A stretch of DNA of 64,000 nt. Origin: Gammaproteobacteria bacterium. Its GTDB lineage: Bacteria; Pseudomonadota; Gammaproteobacteria; CAJXQU01. Made by a program: the position numbers and the translations under genes. Of the stretch, positions 20,749 to 30,589 are shown piece after piece. Position 1 is the stretch's first letter; each line of letters starts with the position of its first letter. The notes beneath the pieces were generated by a model that was not told where the DNA came from, did no database searches, and worked only from the letters and a program-made list of their open reading frames with translations. The stretch lies in the NCBI GenBank assembly GCA_965238175.1, contig CBDEGZ010000003.1, positions 1,792,001-1,856,000 on the forward strand. The letters run 5' to 3'.

Positions 20749-21729
20749 GTGAAACGGGATATAACAAGAAAGGGCCAAAGTATATTGGCTATGGGTTTAT
20801 TGACGCTTGCTGTGAGTACACAAACGGCAAAAGCAGAAGAGAATTTGTGGGTTTATACCAAGGGGACGGATACTCGACCTCAAGGTAGTTTTGAAATGAA
20901 AATAAGTGATATTGCCCGGATCAGTAAAGATTCTGGCCATTATCGTTTTCATGACATCAGACCAGAAATTGAATACGGTATTACAGACAAGTTAACCATT
21001 GGCGCAGAAATTATGATTTTTGATCATAACTATTCGGTTAATGATCCTGAGTTGAATCCCACGTATGAAACGCAGGAAACTGAAGGTGGCACTTTTAATA
21101 AAACACAATATGGTGGTTTTGAGATATCACTAAAATACAATATTTTAAGTCCTTATAAAGATTTCATGGGTTTGTCTCTGGGAATAGGTTATGAAGATCG
21201 TGACCGTTATCGTTTAGACGGTTCTGAAATAGATCAAAAATCTTATACAGCAACAGTCTTTATGCAAAAGAACTGGATCGACGATAAACTAACTTTAGCG
21301 GGTAATGGTAAAATAGAGTTGGAACGACGAAAAGGCCCAGGTGTTTTAGAAGAGGAGATCGCTTTTGATCTCAGCATAGGCCTTTCATATAGGATTGCGC
21401 CAAAGCATTTCATTGGTATTGAGTATCGCCGTCAGCAAGATCATTTAAGCCCATTTAATACTGAAACGGGTGAATATGATGATCCGAGTTTAAAACCTTC
21501 AGAATTTGATCTTCCTTTTGGAAAATTCCAAATAGGTACGAGGCATCAGTATGGTGAGTACATTGGTCCAACTTATCATTATGCAGAAAAAAACTGGTGG
21601 TTCACTGGTGGGATTTTGTATCAGTTTAATGGTGGTGGACATTCAGAAAATGCTTATCTTAAAGATGGCAAGAACTACGATGAACATGAGAAGTTTCATG
21701 TTGGATTATTCTTAGGATATGAGTTCTAA
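20749..21729 (+). CDS. Putative outer-membrane beta-barrel (DUF6662-like)
   Basis: Signal peptide, ENLWVYTKGTDT N-terminus, EIEYGITDKL, alternating beta strands, terminal aromatic motif GYEF. Confidence 0.7.
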   Translation: MKRDITRKGQSILAMGLLTLAVSTQTAKAEENLWVYTKGTDTRPQGSFEMKISDIARISKDSGHYRFHDIRPEIEYGITDKLTIGAEIMIFDHNYSVNDPELNPTYETQETEGGTFNKTQYGGFEISLKYNILSPYKDFMGLSLGIGYEDRDRYRLDGSEIDQKSYTATVFMQKNWIDDKLTLAGNGKIELERRKGPGVLEEEIAFDLSIGLSYRIAPKHFIGIEYRRQQDHLSPFNTETGEYDDPSLKPSEFDLPFGKFQIGTRHQYGEYIGPTYHYAEKNWWFTGGILYQFNGGGHSENAYLKDGKNYDEHEKFHVGLFLGYEF

Positions 21730-21734
21730 ATTAT

Positions 21735-22277
21735 ATGAAGCAGAGTTTTAGAAGATATATTTTAACGATATCAATACTGGGGCTATTTATAGCCCCAATT
21801 TTTGATCTCTATGCTGAAACATTTTTAACACCCGATGAGGCTAAAAAGGTTTTATGGCAAGATGAAGCAATGCAAGCTGTCCCGGTCGTTTTAACTGAGG
21901 CGCAAATGAAGTCGATCAAATCCGCTTCAAAAACTAGAGTGCGTACAGATAAAGTAAACTCTTGGAAAACCGAAACGGGCGGTTGGTTTATTCTTGATCA
22001 AGTCGTTGGTAAACACGAAATGATCGATATTGCAGTTGCCTTGACTCACGAAGGTAAAGTGAAAGGAATAAAAGTTCTTACGTACCGCGAAACTTATGGT
22101 GACGAAGTTAAAAATCCTAAATGGTTAGCGCAATTTATTAACAAAGATAATTCTGAGGTTTTAAAACTCGATAAACAGATCGTTAATATTTCTGGTGCAA
22201 CACTTTCATCTAGACACATAACAGATGGAATCAATCGTCTAACACATACTTGGGACCAAGTGCTCCAACATAAATAG
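21735..22277 (+). CDS. Exported FMN-binding domain protein
   Basis: Signal peptide, GKHEMI, YRETYG.EV and the flavinylation motif NISGATLSS. Confidence 0.85.
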   Translation: MKQSFRRYILTISILGLFIAPIFDLYAETFLTPDEAKKVLWQDEAMQAVPVVLTEAQMKSIKSASKTRVRTDKVNSWKTETGGWFILDQVVGKHEMIDIAVALTHEGKVKGIKVLTYRETYGDEVKNPKWLAQFINKDNSEVLKLDKQIVNISGATLSSRHITDGINRLTHTWDQVLQHK

Positions 22278-22411
22278 ATCAAAATAAATTAAAGAAAAAA
22301 AGATAATTGTTTATTTTGCTAAATAAAGGTTTAAGTAAAATTATAGTAACGATGAGATTTTTAAGGACAGTTAAAGAGTCATAAAACAACAATAAAAAAA
22401 GAGTTGCTCGA

Positions 22412-22915
22412 TTGAGAAAAGTAAAATTAAGAATTCCGAAGCCATATCAGTTATGGCTTTTTTGCGTCTTGGGAACAGCATGGCTGAGTGGCACGACGTT
22501 TTTCATTTTAAAAACCTGGTTTGTTGTCGAAGGTGAGTTTGGCCTGGTGAAACATCCATGGCAATTTACTTCATTACAGATTCATGGCGGTGCTGCATTT
22601 TTAATGATGGTGAGTTATGGATTCTTGTTGGGAACTCATGCAACTTACGGTTGGAATGTAAAACCACGACGTATTTTAGGTGTGATTTTAGTAATCATGC
22701 CAGCAATATTAATGTTGACTGCTTACTTGCTTTATTACATTGCAGAAGATGATGCGAGAGAAATCGTTGGTTATGTCCATCTGGCTATTGGCTTGTTTTT
22801 TCCAGTTGTATTAACAGCGCATATATTAACTAAAACTAAGAAAAAGAAAAAAATTAAAGACAAAAATAGAAAAGTGTATAAGAGAAAAAGAAAGGAAAGA
22901 AAGTTCACACCATGA
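22412..22915 (+). CDS. Four-TM membrane protein with several His (putative heme b binder)
   Basis: Four hydrophobic helices with His in IHGG, GTH, YVHL and AHI; Lys/Arg-rich tail. Confidence 0.6.
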   Translation: MRKVKLRIPKPYQLWLFCVLGTAWLSGTTFFILKTWFVVEGEFGLVKHPWQFTSLQIHGGAAFLMMVSYGFLLGTHATYGWNVKPRRILGVILVIMPAILMLTAYLLYYIAEDDAREIVGYVHLAIGLFFPVVLTAHILTKTKKKKKIKDKNRKVYKRKRKERKFTP

Positions 22916-23457
22916 AAATAAATTGGAAAAAATTTAATCGAAAAACACATTATTGGGGATCAATAATTTGTGCGATACCGATCCTTGTTGTTATCGGATC
23001 AGGTGTGCTTTTACAATTGAAAAAAGATGTTGATTGGGTTCAACCTTCCTCAATGCGCGGCGAAGGAAAAATACCTTTAATAAGTTTTGAACATGTCCTT
23101 GAAGCTGCAAAAACTGTCCCAGATGCGGCAATTAAAAGTTGGGATGATATTGATCGTCTGGATGTCAGACCAGGTAAAGGTATTATAAAAATTCGCGCAA
23201 AAAACCGATGGGAAATTCAAATAGATCATCAAACAAAAGAAGTGTTGCAAGTAGCTTATCGACGATCTGATCTGATCGAATCTATTCACGATGGCAGTTT
23301 TTTTCATGACTCTGCAAAGCTGTGGTTGTTTCTTCCGTGTGCGATCATTCTTTTTGTACTTTGGGTAACGGGATTGTATTTATTTTTAACAACACATTTT
23401 GCTAAAAGTAAAAATAAACAAAAAAGAAAAGTGCGATCAGAATTAGCTCGTTCGTAA
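22912..23457 (+). CDS. PepSY-associated TM helix protein
   Basis: RKTHYW...SGVLL, IESIHDGSFF and WVTGLYL motifs. Confidence 0.8.
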   Translation: MKINWKKFNRKTHYWGSIICAIPILVVIGSGVLLQLKKDVDWVQPSSMRGEGKIPLISFEHVLEAAKTVPDAAIKSWDDIDRLDVRPGKGIIKIRAKNRWEIQIDHQTKEVLQVAYRRSDLIESIHDGSFFHDSAKLWLFLPCAIILFVLWVTGLYLFLTTHFAKSKNKQKRKVRSELARS

Positions 23458-23477
23458 CAAACTGTATTTAATTTAGT

Positions 23478-24125
23478 ATGCCAGCCATGTTACGTTTTCT
23501 TGTTGTTTTTTTTATGCTGACTCCAAGTTTAACTACTGCTATTGAGCATAACTTAAAGTTGGCAGTTAAGAAAAAAGTAAATGATATTTCATTTTTAGGC
23601 GAACTTGATTATCGTCGAGATCATGGCCATCTTTTTAAACGACATTATGATCTTGGTGTTCGTTTCCCTATTGATTTTTTTGGTGAGGGTTGGTCGTTTG
23701 GAGCACATTACCGATCAATTTATAACGCAATCGGTGATGGTGATTGGGATCTGGAAAAAAGACCTTATTTCCAAATACAAAAAACTTTTCTTACTGTGGA
23801 GGGTAATCTGCTTCCAGCATTAAAGTGGGCAATCAGAACACGTCACGAATTTCGTTTTCGAGACAAAAAAGACGATTCAACGCGTAATCGAATAGGTCTA
23901 AAAATAAAATCAGATAAAACTTTTTATAATCTCAAACCATTTGTGAGTAATGAATATTTTTATGATTTTAAAAAAGATCAGTTCACTAAGATCCGTTTTG
24001 CTTTTGGTATGGAGTTTCCTGAAACCAAAAGCGTTAAACCAAGCCTGCAATATAAAATAGATACGGATAGACGAAATGATGATTGGGAAACAAGATCTAG
24101 CCTTATTTTCAAATTGGTATTTTAA
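23478..24125 (+). CDS. Putative outer-membrane beta-barrel (DUF2490-like)
   Basis: Signal peptide, EKRPY, RTRHEFR, RNRIGL, SNEYF and a terminal Phe. Confidence 0.6.
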   Translation: MPAMLRFLVVFFMLTPSLTTAIEHNLKLAVKKKVNDISFLGELDYRRDHGHLFKRHYDLGVRFPIDFFGEGWSFGAHYRSIYNAIGDGDWDLEKRPYFQIQKTFLTVEGNLLPALKWAIRTRHEFRFRDKKDDSTRNRIGLKIKSDKTFYNLKPFVSNEYFYDFKKDQFTKIRFAFGMEFPETKSVKPSLQYKIDTDRRNDDWETRSSLIFKLVF

Positions 24126-24179
24126 GGACTCAATTTAAAGTACTGACCGAAGAGTATCAAAAAGTTATAATGGCTGGTT

Positions 24180-24806
24180 ATGGCCCAATATCTTCAAATT
24201 CACCCAGAAAATCCGCAAGCACGGTTGATCCGTCAAGTGGTGGATTCTATGCGCAAAAGTGGTGTGGTGGTTTATCCAACAGACTCTTGCTACGCGGTAG
24301 GTTGTCAGATTGGGGATAAGACAGCACAGGATCAAATTCGTAAGTTGCGAGAGCTGGATGATAATCATGACTTCACTCTGGTTTGTCGCGATCTTTCAGA
24401 AATTTCTTTATATGCAAAAATCGACAATAGCGCGTATAAATTGATCAAATCTTTAACGCCGGGGCCATACACATTTATCCTTAAAGCGACACGTGAAGTG
24501 CCGCGACGATTACAGAATCCAAAACGTAAAACGATTGGCTTGCGTATCCCAGATAATTCGATCGCTTTAGCTCTTTTGGAAGAGTTGGGTGAGCCGATTA
24601 TGAGTTCCACCTTACAAATGCCGGGTGATGATTTACCGATGAGCGATCCGGATGAAATCAATGAAAGACTCGATAAAAGGGTTGATATGATCATTAACGG
24701 TGGATCTTGCGAACTTGAGCCTACTTCAGTGATTGAGTTGATGGATGGTGTGCCTGTGATACGACGATGTGGCCGCGGTGATGTCACTCAGTTTGAGGCA
24801 GTTTGA
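24180..24806 (+). CDS. yciO: Sua5/YciO/YrdC family protein
   Basis: IHPENPQARLI, YPTDS, PGPYTFIL and TIGLRIP motifs. Confidence 0.93.
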   Translation: MAQYLQIHPENPQARLIRQVVDSMRKSGVVVYPTDSCYAVGCQIGDKTAQDQIRKLRELDDNHDFTLVCRDLSEISLYAKIDNSAYKLIKSLTPGPYTFILKATREVPRRLQNPKRKTIGLRIPDNSIALALLEELGEPIMSSTLQMPGDDLPMSDPDEINERLDKRVDMIINGGSCELEPTSVIELMDGVPVIRRCGRGDVTQFEAV

Positions 24807-24841
24807 AGACTGATATTTAACAATGTCTCTGATATGATCTC

Positions 24842-25531
24842 TTGATGATAGAACTATCCCTTATCCAGAAAATTATTGTTTGTGTTCCCCCCATTTTATT
24901 AGCAGTTACTCTCCACGAAGTGGCACATGGTTGGATGGCTAAAATAAACGGTGATCGAACTGCAGAAATGATGGGTCGTCTGAGCTTGAATCCGCTCAAA
25001 CATGTTGATCCTGTTGGGACAATCGTAGTACCCGCGCTTATGGTTTTAAGTACGGGTTTCATCTTCGGTTGGGCTAAACCTGTTCCCGTTTCATATAACG
25101 AACTCAATAGTCCGAAGAAAGATATGGCCAAAGTGGCTATAGCTGGGCCAGCTTCAAACCTGATCATGATGATTATCTGGGCGATCATTCTCAAAATGTC
25201 ATTGCTCGCACCGAATTCAATGCAATGGGTTACTGTCCCGCTAACCTATATGGCATCGGTAGGTGTTTATATTAATTGCATTATAATGGTACTGAATTTA
25301 TTGCCAATACCGCCTCTTGATGGTAGTCGTATTGTTGCATCGTATTTGCCCAATTCTCTCGCGTATCAATACGGCCAAATGGAGCGTTATGGCGTGATCA
25401 TCTTAGTGGCTTTAATGGTATTAGGTATTTTAGGTAAAGTATTGCTACCATTGGTTTCAGGTATCACGAATTTGTTCTCGGGTTTCGCCGGGATTGATAT
25501 CTCTGACCTTGTGTATATCTTGTTTAGTTGA
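24842..25531 (+). CDS. Site-2 protease (M50) family protein
   Basis: HEVAH zinc motif, GPASN and NLLPIPPLDG. Confidence 0.92.
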   Translation: MMIELSLIQKIIVCVPPILLAVTLHEVAHGWMAKINGDRTAEMMGRLSLNPLKHVDPVGTIVVPALMVLSTGFIFGWAKPVPVSYNELNSPKKDMAKVAIAGPASNLIMMIIWAIILKMSLLAPNSMQWVTVPLTYMASVGVYINCIIMVLNLLPIPPLDGSRIVASYLPNSLAYQYGQMERYGVIILVALMVLGILGKVLLPLVSGITNLFSGFAGIDISDLVYILFS

Positions 25532-25559
25532 AAATGATAAAATTGTGGAGAGTCGTTAA

Positions 25560-26771
25560 TTGAGCCCAACTCAAAACCCACGCGTTCTATCAGGGATGCG
25601 CCCTACAGGTCGTTTACACCTGGGTCACTATCATGGCGTATTAAAAAACTGGATCGAGCTTCAAACTCAGTATGAGTGCTTCTTTTTTGTGGCTGACTGG
25701 CATGCGCTGACCACCGCTTACGACGATACTGGAATTATTGCTGATAGTGTTTGGGATATGGTGATCGATTGGTTGGCTGCCGGGGTTAATCCTAGTCAAT
25801 CAACACTCTTTATTCAATCACGCGTTCCAGAGCATGCAGAGTTGCATTTATTACTTTCTATGCACACGCCTTTAGGTTGGTTAGAACGCGTTCCGACCTA
25901 TAAAGACCAGCAAGAGAAACTAAAAGAGAAGGATCTGACAACCTATGGATTCTTAGGTTATCCATTGTTGCAATCTGCGGATATTTTGATCTACCGGGCG
26001 GGTAAGGTTCCTGTCGGTGAAGATCAAGTTGTGCATGTCGAATTGACTCGTGAAGTTGCACGACGATTTAACCATCTATACGGTAAAGAAGTAGGTTTTG
26101 AAGAAAAGGCCGAGACAGCAGCAAAGAAAATGGGAAAGAAAAATGCACGTCTTTATTTCAATCTTCGTAAGCAATTTCAAGAAAAAGGTGATACTGAATC
26201 ATTGGAAAAGGCACGTGCTTTATTAGCCGCACAGCAGAATATTAGCATCGGTGATCAGGATCGCCTATCAGGTTATTTGGAAGGTGGTGGTAGGGTTATT
26301 TTGCCGGAGCCAGAAGCTTTATTGACACCGCAATCTAAAATGCCTGGGTTAGATGGTCAGAAAATGTCTAAGTCATATGGTAATACGATTGGTTTGCGAG
26401 AAAGTCCTGAATCTGTCACGCAAAAGTTACGCACTATGCCGACGGATCCTGCCAGAGTAAAATTGACTGATCCGGGTGAACCGGCCAAATGTCCAGTTTG
26501 GCAATTGCATGAGGTTTATTCAAATGATGAAGTTAAAACCTGGGCTAGTGAAGGTTGTCGAACTGCTGCAATGGGCTGCCTTGATTGCAAGCAGCCTTTG
26601 ATAGATGCAGTAATAAAAGAGCAAGAACCGATCCACGCTCGTGCTGAAGAATATACTTCTGATCCCGAATTAGTCAGAAATGTGATCAATGAAGGTTGTG
26701 AAAAAGCCCGTGATGCTGCGCGTGATACGATGGAAGAGGTTAGGCAGTGTATGGGTTTGGTTTATAAGTGA
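25560..26771 (+). CDS. trpS: Tryptophanyl-tRNA synthetase
   Basis: SGMRPTG.LHLGH (HIGH), YPLLQSADI and KMSKS. Confidence 0.97.
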   Translation: MSPTQNPRVLSGMRPTGRLHLGHYHGVLKNWIELQTQYECFFFVADWHALTTAYDDTGIIADSVWDMVIDWLAAGVNPSQSTLFIQSRVPEHAELHLLLSMHTPLGWLERVPTYKDQQEKLKEKDLTTYGFLGYPLLQSADILIYRAGKVPVGEDQVVHVELTREVARRFNHLYGKEVGFEEKAETAAKKMGKKNARLYFNLRKQFQEKGDTESLEKARALLAAQQNISIGDQDRLSGYLEGGGRVILPEPEALLTPQSKMPGLDGQKMSKSYGNTIGLRESPESVTQKLRTMPTDPARVKLTDPGEPAKCPVWQLHEVYSNDEVKTWASEGCRTAAMGCLDCKQPLIDAVIKEQEPIHARAEEYTSDPELVRNVINEGCEKARDAARDTMEEVRQCMGLVYK

Positions 26772-26781
26772 GTCCAAACAA

Positions 26782-27657
26782 GTGACTAATCACCAAGAAC
26801 AAAAATCATTAGAAGATCCAGCCTTATCAGAAGAGCATGATCTGACTGATTCCGAGCAAACTCAAAACCGAAATCCTGCACAGACTGAAATGCCATTCGC
26901 AATTGTTCAAGGTCAAGCAGTTACTATTCCACCTAAGGATTTATACATTCCTCCAGAAGCATTGGAAGTTTTTCTCGAAGCCTTTGAAGGGCCTTTGGAC
27001 TTACTCTTGTATTTGATCAAAAAGCAGAATCTGGACATTCTCGATATACCTATCGCTAAGATCACAAAGCAATATATGAATTACATCGAAGCGATGACAG
27101 ATATCAAACTTGAACTTGCTGCTGAATATCTGGTGATGGCAGCAATGTTGGCAGAAATCAAATCTCGCATGCTATTACCGAGACCAAATGAGGATGAACA
27201 GGAAGAAGATGATCCGCGTGCAGAATTAGTCCGTCGTTTACAAGAATATGAGCGTTATAAAAAAGCGGCTGAAGAAATTGATGAAATGCCAAGGTTGGAA
27301 AGAGAGATCCGATCAGCAGTGATTTCTTTTCCGTATAAAAACCAAGATAGACCTTTACCAGAAGTGTCATTAGATGCCATTTTGAAAGCCTTTGGTGAAG
27401 TGATGTCCCGGGCTGAAATGTATACAAATCATCAAATAGCGCGCGAACCACTTTCTGTTCGAGAGAGAATGAGTATTGTCTTGGATGTGGTTAAGGGTGA
27501 TGAGTTTATTGAATTTACCCAATTGTTTAGGCCGGAAGAAGGGCGTGCTGGTGTAGTGGTTTCACTGCTGGCAATATTAGAATTATTGAAGGAAACCTTG
27601 ATCGAAATGATACAAAACGAACCTGAAGGTGCAATTTATCTGAGAGCAGCAGCATGA
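26782..27657 (+). CDS. scpA: Segregation and condensation protein A
   Basis: FEGPLDLLLYLI, AAEYLVMAA, IKSRMLLP and DPRAEL motifs. Start moved to GTG 26782 (alternative ATG 26890) to avoid overlap with trpS. Confidence 0.92.
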   Translation: MTNHQEQKSLEDPALSEEHDLTDSEQTQNRNPAQTEMPFAIVQGQAVTIPPKDLYIPPEALEVFLEAFEGPLDLLLYLIKKQNLDILDIPIAKITKQYMNYIEAMTDIKLELAAEYLVMAAMLAEIKSRMLLPRPNEDEQEEDDPRAELVRRLQEYERYKKAAEEIDEMPRLEREIRSAVISFPYKNQDRPLPEVSLDAILKAFGEVMSRAEMYTNHQIAREPLSVRERMSIVLDVVKGDEFIEFTQLFRPEEGRAGVVVSLLAILELLKETLIEMIQNEPEGAIYLRAAA

Positions 27658-28325
27658 GCGAAAAGAATAGTTTACAGATAAAAAATATCCTCGAAGCAGC
27701 AATGATGGTGGCTGATGAACCATTGAGTATTGATCGCCTGTTAGGTTTATTCAGTGAAGATGCAGGAGATCCACCTGAACAAAAGCAGATAAAAGATGCG
27801 CTAGAAAGTCTTGATCAAGACTATGCCGACAGAGGAATAGAATTAAAGCAGGTAGCGAGTGGTTATCGGTTGCAGGCAAAAAGTGAAGTTACGAAATGGG
27901 TCAACCGACTCTGGGTAGAACGACCTGCAAAATATACCCGAGCCTTATTAGAAACCCTCGCCATTATTGCCTATCGGCAGCCGATCACAAGGGGTGAAAT
28001 TGAATCAATCCGGGGTGTCAGTGTTAGCAGTAATGTCGTTAAAACCTTACTTGAAAGGGAATGGATTAAAGTTGCCGGACATAGAGACGTGCCCGGTCGC
28101 CCGGCCGTATTTGCTACAACACGTCACTTCCTCGACTATTTTAATCTCAAAAGTTTGTCAGAATTGCCTACCTTGGCTGAGCTGAGAGATCTGGATGAAA
28201 TTGCGACAGATCTATTTCAGGAACCATTTGATTCTGTAACCAAACCAATTCAAGAAAATGAACCTGAAGTTACAATTCATGAAGATGATCAAGAAGAAGA
28301 CAGTGACAAGAGTGCTTCAGTATAA
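27654..28325 (+). CDS. scpB: Segregation and condensation protein B
   Basis: LETLAIIAYRQPITRGEIESIRGV, PGRP and FLDYF motifs. Confidence 0.95.
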   Translation: MSEKNSLQIKNILEAAMMVADEPLSIDRLLGLFSEDAGDPPEQKQIKDALESLDQDYADRGIELKQVASGYRLQAKSEVTKWVNRLWVERPAKYTRALLETLAIIAYRQPITRGEIESIRGVSVSSNVVKTLLEREWIKVAGHRDVPGRPAVFATTRHFLDYFNLKSLSELPTLAELRDLDEIATDLFQEPFDSVTKPIQENEPEVTIHEDDQEEDSDKSASV

Positions 28326-28374
28326 TTACTCACTAAAATCATTTCTGAAAAATCAATATGCGTCATGTGGATCC

Positions 28375-28455
28375 ACCAATGCCTTAACAGTATGGTTATT
28401 TGGTTCTGGGTTTGCAGCATTGTGTGGGTTGAGAAGGCGTAAAGAAGCCGTATAA
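28375..28455 (+). pseudogene. Isolated VPLPA-CTERM/PEP-CTERM-like sorting-signal remnant
   Basis: Encodes TVWLFGSGFAALCGLRRRKEAV*, matching the WLFGSG-TM-RRRK tail, with no upstream body. Confidence 0.55.
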
Positions 28456-28490
28456 AAAAGTTTATATATATAATTAACTAAAGATTATTT

Positions 28491-28567
28491 TGGCGTCCCC
28501 GGCAGGATTCGAACCTGCGACCTTTCGCTTAGGAGGCAAACGCTCTATCCAGCTGAGCTACGGGGAC
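28491..28567 (-). tRNA. tRNA-Arg(CCT)
   Basis: Reverse complement GTCCCCGTAGCTCAGCTGGATAGAGCGTTTGCCTCCTAAGCGAAAGGTCGCAGGTTCGAATCCTGCCGGGGACGCCA: 77 nt, anticodon loop CTCCTAA, TTCGAA T-loop, encoded CCA. Confidence 0.97.
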
Positions 28568-28572
28568 ATAAT

Positions 28573-29274
28573 TTATTTTAGCGATTCTTGCATTCGAGTA
28601 TAGATCTTTTTAGCCAGTTCTTGGGCTTGATCAAGTTCATGTTGTGTCATTTTTGAACTTAGTATTTGTTGGCTCGTTTCTGCTTGCTCATTTCCTGATA
28701 GTGAGGCGATGGAGTACCAGGCAAAGGCCAACTCACTATCTTGTCTAACTCCTAATCCCTGATTATAAAAATTAGCCAAGTTGTGTTGTGCTTCAGGAAT
28801 ACCCTGTTTTGCTGCAAGTTTTAGCCATTTGACTGATTTCACAAGATCTTTTTCCACAAGCTCGCCTTGTTGGTATGCGACTGCCAGATAAAACTGAGCT
28901 TCTGGACTACCTTGGACAGCGGCTTTTTCAAACCAACTGATTGCAGTGGCAGGATCTTTTTTGGTTCCGAAACCTTCATTGTAGGCCAGCCCAGTTTTAA
29001 ATTGTGCTTTTGAATGTCCTTGTATTGCACTCATTAGAAACCATTGGAATGATTTTTCTTTATCCGGCTCCGCTCCTTGACCTCCAGCATACATATTTGC
29101 CAGGTAGTATTGAGCGACAGGATCGGTTTCTGCAAGCCTTTCAAAAGCGCTAAAAGCCGCGTGATAGTCTTGTGCGTTGTAAAGCGCTATTGCCGAGTCA
29201 GTATCACTTGCTGCGTTGGCAAAATGAGATTGTCCGAGAGAAAAGGTTAGAAATAAAAAGAATGTTCGTAACAT
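28573..29274 (-). CDS. Exported Sel1-repeat protein
   Basis: Signal peptide and repeated AQY.L..Y..G.G..D..KA..W...AA.QG units. Confidence 0.92.
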   Translation of the reverse strand: MLRTFFLFLTFSLGQSHFANAASDTDSAIALYNAQDYHAAFSAFERLAETDPVAQYYLANMYAGGQGAEPDKEKSFQWFLMSAIQGHSKAQFKTGLAYNEGFGTKKDPATAISWFEKAAVQGSPEAQFYLAVAYQQGELVEKDLVKSVKWLKLAAKQGIPEAQHNLANFYNQGLGVRQDSELAFAWYSIASLSGNEQAETSQQILSSKMTQHELDQAQELAKKIYTRMQESLK

Positions 29275-29363
29275 TTAATTGTTTTGCCCAAATTTGATAT
29301 GGAGATTATACAGTATCAAGGTTAGGGATAATTGAATTTGAGACAATTAAATATGGGCTAAGA

Positions 29364-30589
29364 TGTAGAAGTTTAGACCCAATCTGACACATCACTAAAT
29401 CAAGCGGAGCGTAGCGACGCTTGATTTAGTGAGAGTTACCCGCTTTGATGTAACTGCAACGTAAACATCAAAACACAAAGAGGTAACTCTCATGATTCAT
29501 ACTAATGACAAAGTTATAAAACATAAAGTTGGTCTACTCAATCTCGCTGAAGAACTCGGCAATGTCTCAAAAGCCTGCAAGATGATGGGTTTGTCCAGAG
29601 ATACATTTTATCGCTACAAAGAAGCGGCTGATGAAGGCGGTGTAGAAGCCTTGTTTGATCGTAATCGGCGTACCCCAAATCTTAAAAACAGAATCGACCC
29701 GGCTATTGAAACCGTTGTGCTCGAGTATGCACTGGAAGAGCCCGCACATGGTCAAACGCGCACCAGTAACGAGCTGCGCAAACGGGGAACATTTGTCTCA
29801 CCCAGTGGCGTTCGTTGTATCTGGCTTCGTCATGGTCTTGCTTGCTTTAAAGATCGCCTGAAGGCATTGTCTGATAAGGTAGCTGGTGAAGGCTTGATCC
29901 TCACTGAGTCTCAAGTCGCGGCGATGGAACGCAAAAAAGACGACGATGAGGCTTGTGGCGAGATAGAAACGGCACACCCTGGTTATCTTGGCTCGCAAGA
30001 TACTTACTATGTCGGTACTTTCAAAGGCATTGGTCGGGTTTATCAACAAACGTTTGTTGATACTTACAGCAAGGTCGCTCACGCGAAACTGTACCCGACT
30101 AAAACACCGATTACGGCAGCTGACATGCTCAATGACCGCGTCCTCCCATTCTACGAAGAACAACGTTTGCCTATGTTGCGCATTTTGACAGATAGAGGGA
30201 CGGAGTATTGTGGGCGAGCTGACCAGCATGATTATCAGCTTTATATGGCGTTGAACAATATCGAACACACCAAAACCAAGGTCAAATCACCTCAGACGAA
30301 TGGTATTTGTGAGCGATTCCATAAGACGATCCTCAATGAGTTTTATCAAGTCGCTTTGCGTAAGAAAATTTACCAATCGATTGATGAACTGCAACTCGAC
30401 CTTGACGAATGGTTGCTCAAATACAATACTCAACGAACTCACCAAGGCAAAATGTGCTGCGGGAGGACGCCGATGGAAACACTCATCGACGGACAAGCTA
30501 TCTGGAAGGAAAAGTTTGTGAATTAAACTTAACCTGACAGTCGGTTACTGATAATTGGGTAACTGTCAGATCAAATCTGAATTTCTACA
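29364..30589 (+). mobile_element. IS481-family insertion sequence (1226 bp)
   Basis: TGT...ACA ends. Imperfect 26-bp IRs: TGTAGAAGTTTAGACCCAATCTGACA and revcomp TGTAGAAATTCAGATTTGATCTGACA. Flanking direct repeat GCTAAGA at 29357-29363 and 30590-30596. Confidence 0.93.
29492..30526 (+). CDS. IS481-family DDE transposase
   Basis: N-terminal HTH (GNVSKACKMMGLSRDTFYRY) and DDE triad in SQDT / TDRGTEY / NGICERF; intact. Confidence 0.93.
   Translation: MIHTNDKVIKHKVGLLNLAEELGNVSKACKMMGLSRDTFYRYKEAADEGGVEALFDRNRRTPNLKNRIDPAIETVVLEYALEEPAHGQTRTSNELRKRGTFVSPSGVRCIWLRHGLACFKDRLKALSDKVAGEGLILTESQVAAMERKKDDDEACGEIETAHPGYLGSQDTYYVGTFKGIGRVYQQTFVDTYSKVAHAKLYPTKTPITAADMLNDRVLPFYEEQRLPMLRILTDRGTEYCGRADQHDYQLYMALNNIEHTKTKVKSPQTNGICERFHKTILNEFYQVALRKKIYQSIDELQLDLDEWLLKYNTQRTHQGKMCCGRTPMETLIDGQAIWKEKFVN

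Noticed and set aside
26689-26781. N-terminal extension of ScpA overlapping trpS (likewise the extended starts of pqqE, ubiK and pyrC)
   Set aside because: These are longest-ORF artefacts; downstream starts fit family lengths and avoid overlaps.
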